Numbered from the stretch's first letter, positions 17,976 to 27,249 are shown. The stretch is 64,000 bases of DNA from Bacteroidales bacterium (GCA_041686375.1 JAWLEB010000004.1:45672-109671); one strand, 5' to 3'. Made by a program: numbers and translations. Notes: a model not told the origin generated them from the sequence alone.

Positions 17976-18551
17976 TTGAAAGAAGAGTATAAGTTACATA
18001 TTAAAAATATGGTCTGTCCAAGATGTATCATGGCGGTTAAAGATATTCTTGACAAAATGAACATTTCTTATATTGAGGTTCGATTGGGAGAGGTAATTCT
18101 TTCAGAACCTAAAATTAATTTCGATATAAAGGGACTCAAGCAGAATCTGGAATCTATAGGATTTGAGATTGTGGAGGACAAACAGGTACAGTACGTTGAA
18201 AGAATAAAAAACATCATTATTGAGTTAATCAGAAATCCTGAAAAAAATAAAAATCCGTATAATTACTCTCATGTCCTGGCTAATCAAATAGGAAGGGATT
18301 ATCATTACCTGAGTAAAATTTTTTCAGAAAAAGAAGGTATAACGATCGAAAAATTTCTCATTCATCAGCGGGTGGAATACGCTAAAGAGTTGCTCATCTA
18401 TGATGAATATAACATGAGTGAGATAGCACATAAATTGAATTATAGCAGTATTTCACATCTATCCAATCAGTTTAAACAGGTTACGGGTTTTTCTCCTACG
18501 CAGTTTAAAAGATTGCAGCATAAAGACCGAAAAACACTGGATGATATTTAA
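17976..18551 (+). CDS. AraC-family transcriptional regulator with an N-terminal heavy-metal-associated (HMA) domain
   Basis: 191 aa. HIKNMVCPRC matches the M-x-C-x-x-C HMA motif. The C-terminal AraC helix-turn-helix reads YSSISHLSNQFKQVTGFSPTQF. TTG start. Confidence 0.8.
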   Translation: MKEEYKLHIKNMVCPRCIMAVKDILDKMNISYIEVRLGEVILSEPKINFDIKGLKQNLESIGFEIVEDKQVQYVERIKNIIIELIRNPEKNKNPYNYSHVLANQIGRDYHYLSKIFSEKEGITIEKFLIHQRVEYAKELLIYDEYNMSEIAHKLNYSSISHLSNQFKQVTGFSPTQFKRLQHKDRKTLDDI

Positions 18552-18587
18552 ATTATAATACGTATAAATAACATCAAATTTATATTC

Positions 18588-20168
18588 ATGGGAAAAATAT
18601 CCATAATACATCTTTTTATTAAATGGTTTACCCTTTTCACTATCAGCCTTTTCTTTCTTCAATGCAATTCGCAGGGACATCCGGATAAGAGTCAGACTAA
18701 CAGTATTAATGCAGAATTTAAAGCTGATATTGATATTGAGCTTACAGCTACTACCCAGAATATGCAGCTTTTGCAGGGACAGAAAACCGAAGTATTCACT
18801 TATGAATCCAGGTTAATAAAAGGTGAAGATGATAACCTTGATGAGTTGGATGATACCTACCTCGGTCCCATAATATATGTTAAACCTGGGCAGAAAATAC
18901 GCGTCCGTTTTAAAAATCAGTTACCGAGGGAGAGCATTATCCACTGGCACGGTTTGCATATTTCCCCTGAGATGGATGGACATCCTATTTATGCTGTAGA
19001 TGAAGGAGGGGAATATATTTATGAATTTCAGGTTAATAACCGGCCCGGAACCTATTGGTTTCACCCTCATCCGCATCAAATAACCGGACCACAAGTGTAT
19101 TATGGCCTTGCCGGAATGTTTATCGTTGAAGGAGATGAGCCGGAATTACCTTCCGGTAAGTTTGATATACCATTGATTTTACAAGACAGAACATTTGATA
19201 CGGATAACCAACTGGTCTATCTTGAAAATAGTCGTATGAACCGAATGGAGGGATTCCTGGGGAACAGGATGCTTGTTAACGGCAAGGTAAACCGTCAATT
19301 GGATGTAAAAAGAAGACCCTATCGTTTTCGTGTCCTTAATGGCTCAAATTCAAGGATATATAAACTGGCATGGAGCGATGGGAATGAATTAGTGGCTATC
19401 GGAACGGATGGAGGGTTACTGGAACAACCTGTTGAAAAAGACTATATTATGCTTGCTCCCGGTGAACGAGTTGATATATGGAAAGATTTTTCCGGATATA
19501 ATAAAAACACGGAATTGCAGTTAAAAAGCCTTTCTTTTGATGCCGGTACTTCTATGAATATGGGAGGAATGATGGGTAACAGGATGCAGCGCAGTCAAAG
19601 TGTCGATAATGGCTCCGAAATGGATTTGTTTACTTTTAATGTAACTTCCGGGAGAGGTCCACAAAAAAAAATACCCTCCACTCTTTCTGACCTGGAAAGA
19701 ATTGATACCGATAATGCGGTTAATGTCTCTGCTCCCAGAGAGTTTTACTTTTCTTTCGAACGCATGAACTGGGTAATTAACGGGAAAACTTTTGATATGA
19801 CAGAGGTAGCTGATTGGGAGAAAGTAAAACTGAATACAACTGAAATATGGGAGTTTATTAATGGCAATGACGGAAGAGGTATGGGTATGATGAATAATAT
19901 GATGCAGATGCCTCACCCAGTGCATATACATGGATTGCAATTTCAGGTTATTGACCGGGACATTTCCGGGGTGAGCCCTTCTGCATGGGAAACTGTTAAA
20001 GATGGCTTTCTGGATAAAGGCTGGCAGGATACTTTTTTGCTTTTACCGGGAATGAAAGTTAAGGTCATTATGCGTTTTGAAGACTTTACAGGAACATACA
20101 TCTACCATTGCCACAACCTGGAACATGAAGACATGGGCATGATGAGAAATTATGAAGTTGTAGAGTAA
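18588..20168 (+). CDS. Multicopper oxidase (CueO/CopA-like), probable lipoprotein
   Basis: Copper-ligand motifs HWHGL, HPHPH, HPVHIHG and HCHNLEHEDMGMM. Met-rich inserts MNMGGMMGNRM and GMGMMNNMMQM. Signal peptide ending FFLQC. Confidence 0.92.
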   Translation: MGKISIIHLFIKWFTLFTISLFFLQCNSQGHPDKSQTNSINAEFKADIDIELTATTQNMQLLQGQKTEVFTYESRLIKGEDDNLDELDDTYLGPIIYVKPGQKIRVRFKNQLPRESIIHWHGLHISPEMDGHPIYAVDEGGEYIYEFQVNNRPGTYWFHPHPHQITGPQVYYGLAGMFIVEGDEPELPSGKFDIPLILQDRTFDTDNQLVYLENSRMNRMEGFLGNRMLVNGKVNRQLDVKRRPYRFRVLNGSNSRIYKLAWSDGNELVAIGTDGGLLEQPVEKDYIMLAPGERVDIWKDFSGYNKNTELQLKSLSFDAGTSMNMGGMMGNRMQRSQSVDNGSEMDLFTFNVTSGRGPQKKIPSTLSDLERIDTDNAVNVSAPREFYFSFERMNWVINGKTFDMTEVADWEKVKLNTTEIWEFINGNDGRGMGMMNNMMQMPHPVHIHGLQFQVIDRDISGVSPSAWETVKDGFLDKGWQDTFLLLPGMKVKVIMRFEDFTGTYIYHCHNLEHEDMGMMRNYEVVE

Positions 20169-20237
20169 TTAATTATTTATTTGGGTTTTCAGCTTAACAA
20201 ACTGGTAAAAAGGCGTTAACAATATGACAAAAATATA

Positions 20238-20393
20238 ATGTATGGATTTGGAGATATGGGCTTTGGAATGGGATGGAGCTGGATTATCGGCCTCATTGTG
20301 TTAGCTTTTATTATTTGGCTTATAGTCAGAACAACCAGACAAAACACAGCAGTTCCCAGAACCTATGACAAGTCACCGATGGATATCCTGTAG
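20238..20393 (+). CDS. Small Gly/Met-rich membrane protein (51 aa), below the ORF-track size cutoff
   Basis: Hand translation gives MYGFGDMGFGMGWSWIIGLIVLAFIIWLIVRTTRQNTAVPRTYDKSPMDIL with stop at 20391-20393. It has one clear TM helix and sits 70 nt after the oxidase gene. Confidence 0.45.
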   Translation: MYGFGDMGFGMGWSWIIGLIVLAFIIWLIVRTTRQNTAVPRTYDKSPMDIL

Positions 20394-20850
20394 ATAAAGC
20401 ATGAGAGTTTTATGGATTTTAGAATTAACAAAAGTTGAATACCGCAGAAATAAATATCAGAATGTCAGGCGAATAATCAAACGTAAACCAGATTACATAT
20501 ATTCGAATTGTAAAATACTTCTTCCCATCGCTATATATGAATTTCTATAATTTATCATCTGTTCATATTCATTGTAGTGAATCTCAAATTGATTATTTAT
20601 AATCCCCTGCGCTGTACACATCAAAATAAATTTATTTAACGGATTTCAGATGATTTTGGAGGCGCTTGTTTAGAGATTTTTCGGTTGCACCACGCAACGG
20701 GTTTTTCTGGGAGCAAGATGCTGTACATTTTACCTGACTTTACTTCGTTTAAGGGCAGAAATAATTAAAATTATGTAAAAACTTGTTACATATTTTGCAA
20801 ATCTTGTGGAAGTAAAATTTCGTTATAATGATTAATAAAAGTTAATTAGC

Positions 20851-21225
20851 ATGAAGTTTATGGTCCAACATACAATTATTGTTCTGATACTTTTTTTCGC
20901 AACTAATATTGAGGCTTTTTCCGAAGAGATGTATACCCATGTGAAACCATCAGAAAATGTTTGTGAATGCTGGACAAGAGTCATTTATACTGATATAGAG
21001 AGAGAAAGAAATGATTGTACTTCTTGTTTTTGTATTAGCCCATTGGGCAAAAAAATGGAATTTTCCCAGAAAACTACTTTGCCTGAGTTTAATGTTCCGG
21101 TAACCGAAATAGAAAAAAGTAATAGAGAACCTTCAGGAAAGGCTGCTTCCTTTCTAACATTTTCATTAATACCGGTTCATATTACCAAAATATCCTTCCC
21201 CTTCTTACAAGTTGTTCTGGCATGA
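20851..21225 (+). CDS. Hypothetical Cys-rich secreted protein (124 aa)
   Basis: Signal peptide followed by CECW and CTSCFC cysteine clusters. No family recognised. Confidence 0.4.
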   Translation: MKFMVQHTIIVLILFFATNIEAFSEEMYTHVKPSENVCECWTRVIYTDIERERNDCTSCFCISPLGKKMEFSQKTTLPEFNVPVTEIEKSNREPSGKAASFLTFSLIPVHITKISFPFLQVVLA

Positions 21226-21410
21226 AATGTTTACGATAAGATATCTTTTAACTCACAAAAAGGAGTGGCTATTGTTTTATCGTAACTCTTACTTCTTTTA
21301 CAGAAAGGGCTGCTTACAGCGGAAAAGTTTGTACTTATTTATACAAATAAAAATAGATGCATGAAAAATACTTCATGGTCAGTCTATTGCTTCACTTAAA
21401 AACTATACTC

Positions 21411-21716
21411 ATGCAAGAATTTGATCTTTTCTCATACATATTGGATCATAAACCATCTTCTGGCGAAAGGGCAAAAATCAGAAACCTGTTGGAAGATTTA
21501 CCCGGAATCGGGGAGGTCTATTTTTTGGAAGAAGAAATCAAAATAGAGTATTCATCTTTCAAAATTGCCAAAGAATATATTGAAGAAATTCTGGGAAACA
21601 ATGGTCTCCAAAAAAGCAGGCCCAAAAAGAAAGGTATCTTCCAACGATTTATTACTAAGTTGATCAAAACAAATGAAGATGAATTTGGTAATAAAAAGCT
21701 GAATTGCTGCGATTAA
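21411..21716 (+). CDS. Small protein ending in an LNCC(D) motif, possible metal-binding protein
   Basis: Probable start at the internal ATG 21411 (MQEFDLF...). The C-terminus reads KKLNCCD. Located in the copper locus. Confidence 0.45.
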   Translation: MQEFDLFSYILDHKPSSGERAKIRNLLEDLPGIGEVYFLEEEIKIEYSSFKIAKEYIEEILGNNGLQKSRPKKKGIFQRFITKLIKTNEDEFGNKKLNCCD

Positions 21717-21749
21717 ATTTAGACATGTAATAATCTATAAAACGGAAAT

Positions 21750-22088
21750 ATGATGAAATTAATTAAAGCATATATCAGAAAACGAAAATTGGAAGAAGTT
21801 TACAGAGCGCTTCAAGACAGAGGCTACAAAAGCATGACTATGATTGAAGCTGAAGGGACAGGGACTTTCTCTGATCATGAACGTGAGCATATAAGCGATA
21901 AATATACGTTTGTAGAAGCCTATATGGTGATCAAACTGGAGATTCTTATACCTGAGAACGATATTACACATATCGTTCAGATTATTCGAAAAAATGCCAG
22001 AACTGGTTATAATGGTGATGGGATGATCATAGTAACTGGAGTTGAAGAGGTTCATAAAATCCGTACGAATGAAACCCTCATCTACTAA
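21750..22088 (+). CDS. P-II (GlnB-like) family protein
   Basis: 112 aa. MKLIKAYIRKRKLEEVYRALQDRGYKSMTMIEAEGTG parallels the GlnB N-terminus and T-loop base. The C-terminal GDGMIIV parallels GDGKIFV. Confidence 0.7.
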   Translation: MMKLIKAYIRKRKLEEVYRALQDRGYKSMTMIEAEGTGTFSDHEREHISDKYTFVEAYMVIKLEILIPENDITHIVQIIRKNARTGYNGDGMIIVTGVEEVHKIRTNETLIY

Positions 22089-22287
22089 CGTAGACAATAT
22101 CCGATGTATAAAACATTAGGGTTCCATGGGAGGGAGAATCAAAAAATGTTGACTTTAATATCACTAAGTCTCAGAGCATAAAACTAATAATCTAACTTTA
22201 TCCAAATAAAACCAAGGTTGATGCTATTTAGGTTTTATTAAAGTCTGTTATGATGGGTTTCGTTTTTTACTCTAAATTCTGTAAATC

Positions 22288-22306
22288 TTTTCAAAAATTT
22301 TGAAAA
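22288..22306. promoter_or_regulatory. 19-bp palindrome upstream of copZ-copA
   Basis: ttttcaaaa-a-ttttgaaaa has 9-bp perfect arms around one central base. It ends 57 nt before the copZ ATG at 22363. Confidence 0.35.
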
Positions 22307-22362
22307 ACAGAAACTTTATTTTCCAGTTTTATTCTTTGAAATTAATAATATATATACAGATT

Positions 22363-22572
22363 ATGAGTACACTAAAATTCAAAACCAATTTAAAATGTGC
22401 AGGCTGCATGTATGCTATAAAACCTTTTATGGAAGAATTAAAAGGTGTTGAAAAATGGGATGTTGATCTTAATGATTCTGATAAAACCGTAAATGTAAAA
22501 ACATCCTCGACAAGTGCAGAAGAGATAATAGAAGCTATACAAAGAGCCGGCTATAAGGCTAAATTAAAATAA
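22363..22572 (+). CDS. copZ: Copper chaperone, single HMA domain (CopZ-like)
   Basis: 69 aa from the internal ATG. Has a KCAGC metal-binding motif and an HMA-like ferredoxin-fold pattern. Lies immediately upstream of copA. Confidence 0.8.
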   Translation: MSTLKFKTNLKCAGCMYAIKPFMEELKGVEKWDVDLNDSDKTVNVKTSSTSAEEIIEAIQRAGYKAKLK

Positions 22573-22591
22573 TATTTGGAGGAATCCTTGT

Positions 22592-24799
22592 ATGAAGAAG
22601 CGATTTAAAGTAGATGGAATGCATTGTGCGTCCTGTGCAGTAAGTGTTGAAACAATGCTGGGAGCTATGGAAGGAGTGAATACAGCAAGTGTGAATTTTG
22701 CGGATGAATCTGTATATGTGGAGTATGATGAAGATACTATTGCTCCGGCCAACATGAAAGAGGCCGTAAGGAAGATTGGTTATGAATTGCTCTTGGAGAG
22801 GAAAACGGATTTAAAGGAAGAACAAGCAGAGGAAGAAACAAAGCTAAAAAAATCACGCAATAAGGCTTTCCTTGCCATAGCTTTGAGTTTACCTGTTTTG
22901 GTTATTTCTATGTTTGTATCGGAATTTCCCTTTCGTAACTGGATTTTATTAGGATTCACTCTTCCGGTGATATTGTGGTTTGGACGGGAGTTTTTTCAGA
23001 TTGCATGGAAGCAGGCAAAAAATTTTGCAGCCAATATGGATACTTTGGTAGCTCTGGGTACAGGAGCTGCTTTTCTTTTTAGTTTATTTAATACCCTTTT
23101 TCCTGAATATTTGTTGTCAAGAGGTATAACACCTCACGTGTATTACGAAGCCACGGCTGTAATTATATCTTTGGTATTACTGGGCAGATACTTTGAAACA
23201 CGGGCAAAAAGCCGAACATCTGATTCTATTAAAAAACTGATGGGTATGCAGGTAAAAACAGCCAAGGTGATACGAGAGGGAGAAGAGGTTGAATTGCCAG
23301 TGGGTGAAGTTGAGGTTGATGACATAATTCAGATTCGCCCTGGAGAAAAGATACCAGTGGATGGAGAAATTATTGAAGGCTATTCCTCTGTTGATGAAAG
23401 TATGATAACTGGCGAGTCTGTCCCTGTGGAGAAAACAAAGGGGAGTAAAGTCATTGGTGCAACTCTCAATAAAAGCGGAAGTTTTCAGATAAAAGCTGAG
23501 AAAGTGGGATCGGATACCATGCTTTCTCAAATTATTGAGATGGTTAGACAGGCCCAGGGAAGTAAAGCCCCTGTCCAAAAACTGGCAGATAAAATTGCAG
23601 GTATTTTTGTACCAACTGTTATGGTAATTGCACTGGCAAGCGCTGCTCTATGGTATCTTGTTGGCCCTTCGCCTCAATTTACCTATGCTTTTATCACTTT
23701 AGTTACCATACTGATTGTCGCTTGTCCGTGTGCACTTGGACTGGCCACTCCAACAGCCTTAATGGTTGGAATTGGTAAAGGGGCTGAAAATGGCATTCTG
23801 ATCAAAGATGCAAGTATACTGGAAAAAGTCAATAAAATAGATGCTATTGTTGTAGATAAAACCGGAACGATTACCACCGGTGAGCCTGCTGTAAAAAGCA
23901 TGGTGTGGATGGATGGAGAAAAAAGTTCAGAACTGCTTGATGTTGTGTATTCAGTGGAGTCTAAGTCTGAACATCCCCTGGCCGAAGCGATTACAGATTA
24001 TTTATCCGGGAAAGCACATAACGGATATAATATTGAAGAATTTCAATCGCTTACCGGGCAGGGCGTCAAGGCAGCTTACAAAGGTGAAGATCTTTTTATT
24101 GGAAACCGTTCATTGCTTGAGGAAAATGGCGTGAGTGTTCCCGAAATGCCACAAGATGAAAATATAAAGGAAGAAACCGCTGTTTTTACCCGTGTTTACG
24201 TTGTACAAAAAAAGCAGGTTAAGCTGGTGTTTAATATTGAAGATATGATAAAACCGACTTCTCTGAATGCCATTAAAGAGCTAAAAGAATCGGGGATTCA
24301 GGTGTATATGCTCACAGGTGACAATAAGAATGTTGCAGAGCACATTGCACGGAAAGCAAATATCGAGGAGTTTCGTGCAGAGGTGATGCCGCAGGATAAA
24401 CTTGATTTTGTGAAAAAACTGCAATCTGAGGGTCATAAAGTGGCTATGGTAGGAGATGGGATTAATGATTCTCCTGCTCTTGCTCAGGCTGATATAGGTA
24501 TAGCGATGGGAAAAGGTACTGATGTTGCTATGGAAAGTGCAGAAGTTACACTGGTCAAAGGCGATCTTGAAAAAATCAAATCAGCTATTGATCTCTCGAA
24601 AGATACATTGAAAACCATTAAACAAAACCTTTTCTGGGCCTTTATTTATAATATTATTGCGATACCAATTGCAGCAGGTGTCTTATACCCTGTGAATGGC
24701 TTCCTCCTGAATCCCATGATAGCAGGTGGTGCTATGTCGTTTAGCTCAGTATCGGTTGTAATGAATAGTTTGCGCCTGAAAAGAAAAACTTTGAAATAG
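22592..24799 (+). CDS. copA: Copper-translocating P1B-type ATPase
   Basis: 735 aa with N-terminal HMA GMHCASC, TM CPC motif (VACPCALG), DKTGT phosphorylation site, SEHPL and [10 protein letters not shown]. Confidence 0.95.
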   Translation: MKKRFKVDGMHCASCAVSVETMLGAMEGVNTASVNFADESVYVEYDEDTIAPANMKEAVRKIGYELLLERKTDLKEEQAEEETKLKKSRNKAFLAIALSLPVLVISMFVSEFPFRNWILLGFTLPVILWFGREFFQIAWKQAKNFAANMDTLVALGTGAAFLFSLFNTLFPEYLLSRGITPHVYYEATAVIISLVLLGRYFETRAKSRTSDSIKKLMGMQVKTAKVIREGEEVELPVGEVEVDDIIQIRPGEKIPVDGEIIEGYSSVDESMITGESVPVEKTKGSKVIGATLNKSGSFQIKAEKVGSDTMLSQIIEMVRQAQGSKAPVQKLADKIAGIFVPTVMVIALASAALWYLVGPSPQFTYAFITLVTILIVACPCALGLATPTALMVGIGKGAENGILIKDASILEKVNKIDAIVVDKTGTITTGEPAVKSMVWMDGEKSSELLDVVYSVESKSEHPLAEAITDYLSGKAHNGYNIEEFQSLTGQGVKAAYKGEDLFIGNRSLLEENGVSVPEMPQDENIKEETAVFTRVYVVQKKQVKLVFNIEDMIKPTSLNAIKELKESGIQVYMLTGDNKNVAEHIARKANIEEFRAEVMPQDKLDFVKKLQSEGHKVAMVGDGINDSPALAQADIGIAMGKGTDVAMESAEVTLVKGDLEKIKSAIDLSKDTLKTIKQNLFWAFIYNIIAIPIAAGVLYPVNGFLLNPMIAGGAMSFSSVSVVMNSLRLKRKTLK

Positions 24800-24913
24800 A
24801 GGAAAGCTATAAAAAAAATGAATATCGAGAAGAACAGTTCAATATGACAAATGAACTGTTTGGATTAAATATAAGTGTTTAAATAATTATTAATCAATAA
24901 AAATCAATGTGTT

Positions 24914-25318
24914 ATGAAAAAAGTAATTTTAAGTACCGGATTATTGCTGACTTTTGTGCTGACTTTTTCTTTCCAGACAAATGCTCAGTGTGAATCTTCT
25001 GAAAATAAGAAGATTAGTGGCGAGAAAATAGCAGAAGTAGCCGACAAGGATTTAAAGAAAACATCTTTTGAAGTTGATGGAAAATGCGAAATGTGTGAGA
25101 ACAGAATAGAACAAGCTGCTAAAGATGTTAAAGGTGTAAAAAAGGCAGACTGGGATCAGGAATCCCATATGTTGACCATTCATCATAAGAAAGATAAGGT
25201 TGACTTAGATGACGTTCATGGAGCCATCGCCAAAGCTGGACATGATACCTCAGAGAAAAAAGCCGAGGACGAAACTTATGCCTCCTTACCAAGCTGTTGT
25301 AAGTATAGAGAAGATTAG
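24914..25318 (+). CDS. Secreted HMA-domain protein with a C-terminal CC motif
   Basis: Signal peptide, an HMA-like GKCEMCE motif and a C-terminal LPSCCKY. Confidence 0.7.
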   Translation: MKKVILSTGLLLTFVLTFSFQTNAQCESSENKKISGEKIAEVADKDLKKTSFEVDGKCEMCENRIEQAAKDVKGVKKADWDQESHMLTIHHKKDKVDLDDVHGAIAKAGHDTSEKKAEDETYASLPSCCKYRED

Positions 25319-25331
25319 TTTTAGATTAGTT

Positions 25332-25395
25332 CCAAAAGTACTTCACTTTTATGCAGATTATTCTCTTCTTTGTTTTTAACAAGAAGTACTTTTGG
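25332..25395. repeat. 13-bp perfect inverted repeat with a 38-nt spacer (terminator-like or regulatory)
   Basis: ccaaaagtacttc (25332-25344) and gaagtacttttgg (25383-25395) are exact reverse complements. T-rich sequence follows. Confidence 0.5.
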
Positions 25396-25506
25396 GACTT
25401 TTGTTTCTTAAATTAGGAAAAACATCAAATTCAAGGATAAATTTTTATTTTTATATAATAAAATCTATCTTTCGAGGGTTAAAGAGTAATATAAAGCTGC
25501 CAGTAT

Positions 25507-26211
25507 ATGAACAAGAATAATGTTTTAAGTGCCTCGGGTACAATCACTAAGAAGGAGCTTGTACATTCTGTAAAAGTTAAGTCATCTATTGACAGTTTGG
25601 TCCTTGAATCGGTAGATCCCTTCCCTGATGTAGATAGCCGATATAAAAAGAAATATAAGGTTCCAAAATATTATTACATTGGAATTACACCACACCACCT
25701 TGATCAGGATATACTGATTTCGGCCAGAAATGCTGAACGCCATATTGATGAAGAATTACATTCCGCTATTGGTGAAATCAAAGTCAATGGAGAAACCCAT
25801 CGGGTAATCCGTTTGAAAAATATTTCGGGTAAATTATTAGAAAAAGTCCTTACAGCATATAAGGATTACGGACTGGAGATTCAAACCTTTAATGAAAACA
25901 TAAATAATTCTGCCATTATTTGTACTAGAAAGTTTTTCTACCTTGAAGAGATTGAGCAAGGTTTTTTCCTTGATTTGGATGAGGAAGAAAAAGGATATTT
26001 GGAGGTTCCTCGTAAATTGAGCTGGGAGGAATTTGAAAGAATAACTGAAAAAGTTAAGTCAGAATGTAAACATCCAGCTTTTGACGGTGCTATTGGGGTA
26101 ATTTCAAAACACGGGGTAAATCAACATGTAATCCGAATATACCACCCTAATCTGGATAAGGAAAAAATTCTCGAGATAGGCAAAAATTATATCAAGAATT
26201 TATTTCTATGA
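25507..26211 (+). CDS. Hypothetical protein (234 aa)
   Basis: Long ORF with no motif I recognise. Its stop overlaps the start of the next gene (ATGATGA, 4-nt overlap). Confidence 0.6.
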   Translation: MNKNNVLSASGTITKKELVHSVKVKSSIDSLVLESVDPFPDVDSRYKKKYKVPKYYYIGITPHHLDQDILISARNAERHIDEELHSAIGEIKVNGETHRVIRLKNISGKLLEKVLTAYKDYGLEIQTFNENINNSAIICTRKFFYLEEIEQGFFLDLDEEEKGYLEVPRKLSWEEFERITEKVKSECKHPAFDGAIGVISKHGVNQHVIRIYHPNLDKEKILEIGKNYIKNLFL

Positions 26212-27227
26212 TGACCAATGATGTTGAGTTTGAACCTCACAAATGGGAAGAAGAGGTTTTTAACATCAGAAACAACAGGCATTTTGAAAGATTAGCCAGA
26301 AAAATATTTCTTTATCAATATCACTACAATTCTGTTTATCAGGATTACTGTAAATATTTAGATGTAAGACCTGTAAAAGATATTCGTCTTAATGATATTC
26401 CTTTCCTTCCAATTCATTTTTTCAAGACACATGAAGTTATCACAGGTAAAAAAACATATGAATTATATTTTGAAAGCAGTGGTACAACAGGCATGTACCG
26501 TAGCAGGCATTATGTTAAAAAGTCCAGCTTATATGAAATGAGCTATAGAAGAGGGTTCCATCAGTTTTATGGGAATCCCGTTGATTATTGTATTCTTGCT
26601 TTGTTGCCTTACTACTCAGAGAATGAACATTCTTCTTTAATTTCTATGGTCAACGGTTTAATTAATCAATCGGGGTGTTCTGAAAGTGGATTTTATCTTG
26701 ATGATTTAAGCAAGATGGCAGATAAGCTTCGCCGGCTTAAGCGTATGGGAAAACGGATTATGTTGTTTGGGGTTAGCTTTGCACTGCTGGATTTAGCTGA
26801 GAATTACCCAATGGATCTTGAAAATGCAATTGTCATGGAGACAGGAGGGATGAAAGGACAAAGGAAGGAGCTTGTCAGAGAAGAACTACATGAGCAGTTA
26901 AAGACTGGTTTGGGTGTTAACACAATTCACTCTGAATATGGCATGGCAGAGTTATTGTCACAGTCCTATTCAAAAGGGAATGGGAAATTTCAGGCACCTC
27001 CATGGCAGAAAGTCTTAATCCGTGATGCTTATGATCCTTTGGATGTGCAAAATTCTGGTTCTGGTATCATTAATGGGGGAATAAACATGATTGACCTGGC
27101 TAATATTTATTCTTGCTCTTTTATTGAAACAAAGGATATTGGAAGTCTCCATCCTGACGGGACATTTGAAGTATTAGGCAGATTTGATTACAGCGATGTC
27201 AGAGGCTGTAATTTAATGATAATGTAA
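26208..27227 (+). CDS. LuxE/PaaK-like acyl-adenylate-forming enzyme (acyl-protein synthetase family)
   Basis: 339 aa. FESSGTTG matches the adenylation P-loop-like motif, with YGMAE and a C-terminal GR...D..RGCN. The overall pattern fits Bacteroidota LuxE-like proteins. Confidence 0.65.
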   Translation: MMTNDVEFEPHKWEEEVFNIRNNRHFERLARKIFLYQYHYNSVYQDYCKYLDVRPVKDIRLNDIPFLPIHFFKTHEVITGKKTYELYFESSGTTGMYRSRHYVKKSSLYEMSYRRGFHQFYGNPVDYCILALLPYYSENEHSSLISMVNGLINQSGCSESGFYLDDLSKMADKLRRLKRMGKRIMLFGVSFALLDLAENYPMDLENAIVMETGGMKGQRKELVREELHEQLKTGLGVNTIHSEYGMAELLSQSYSKGNGKFQAPPWQKVLIRDAYDPLDVQNSGSGIINGGINMIDLANIYSCSFIETKDIGSLHPDGTFEVLGRFDYSDVRGCNLMIM

Positions 27228-27249
27228 GTGTTTTTCATATTAAATAAAA

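Noticed and set aside
20391-20450. Idea that the 51-aa membrane ORF continues into a SHOCT domain after a recent nonsense or frameshift mutation
   Set aside because: I translated all three frames after the TAG at 20391. None shows a K-E-R-Y-A-x-G-E-I type SHOCT pattern, so truncation by a single mutation is not supported.
21759-22097. 112-aa minus-strand ORF mirroring the P-II-like gene
   Set aside because: The plus-strand frame has recognisable GlnB-like N-terminal and GDG motifs and is co-directional with the operon. The mirror frame has none.
24833-24860. aacagttca / tgaactgtt 9-bp hairpin after copA as a distinct regulatory element
   Set aside because: Its position right after the copA stop fits a weak terminator or attenuator. 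It has a short T tract and nothing else distinctive.
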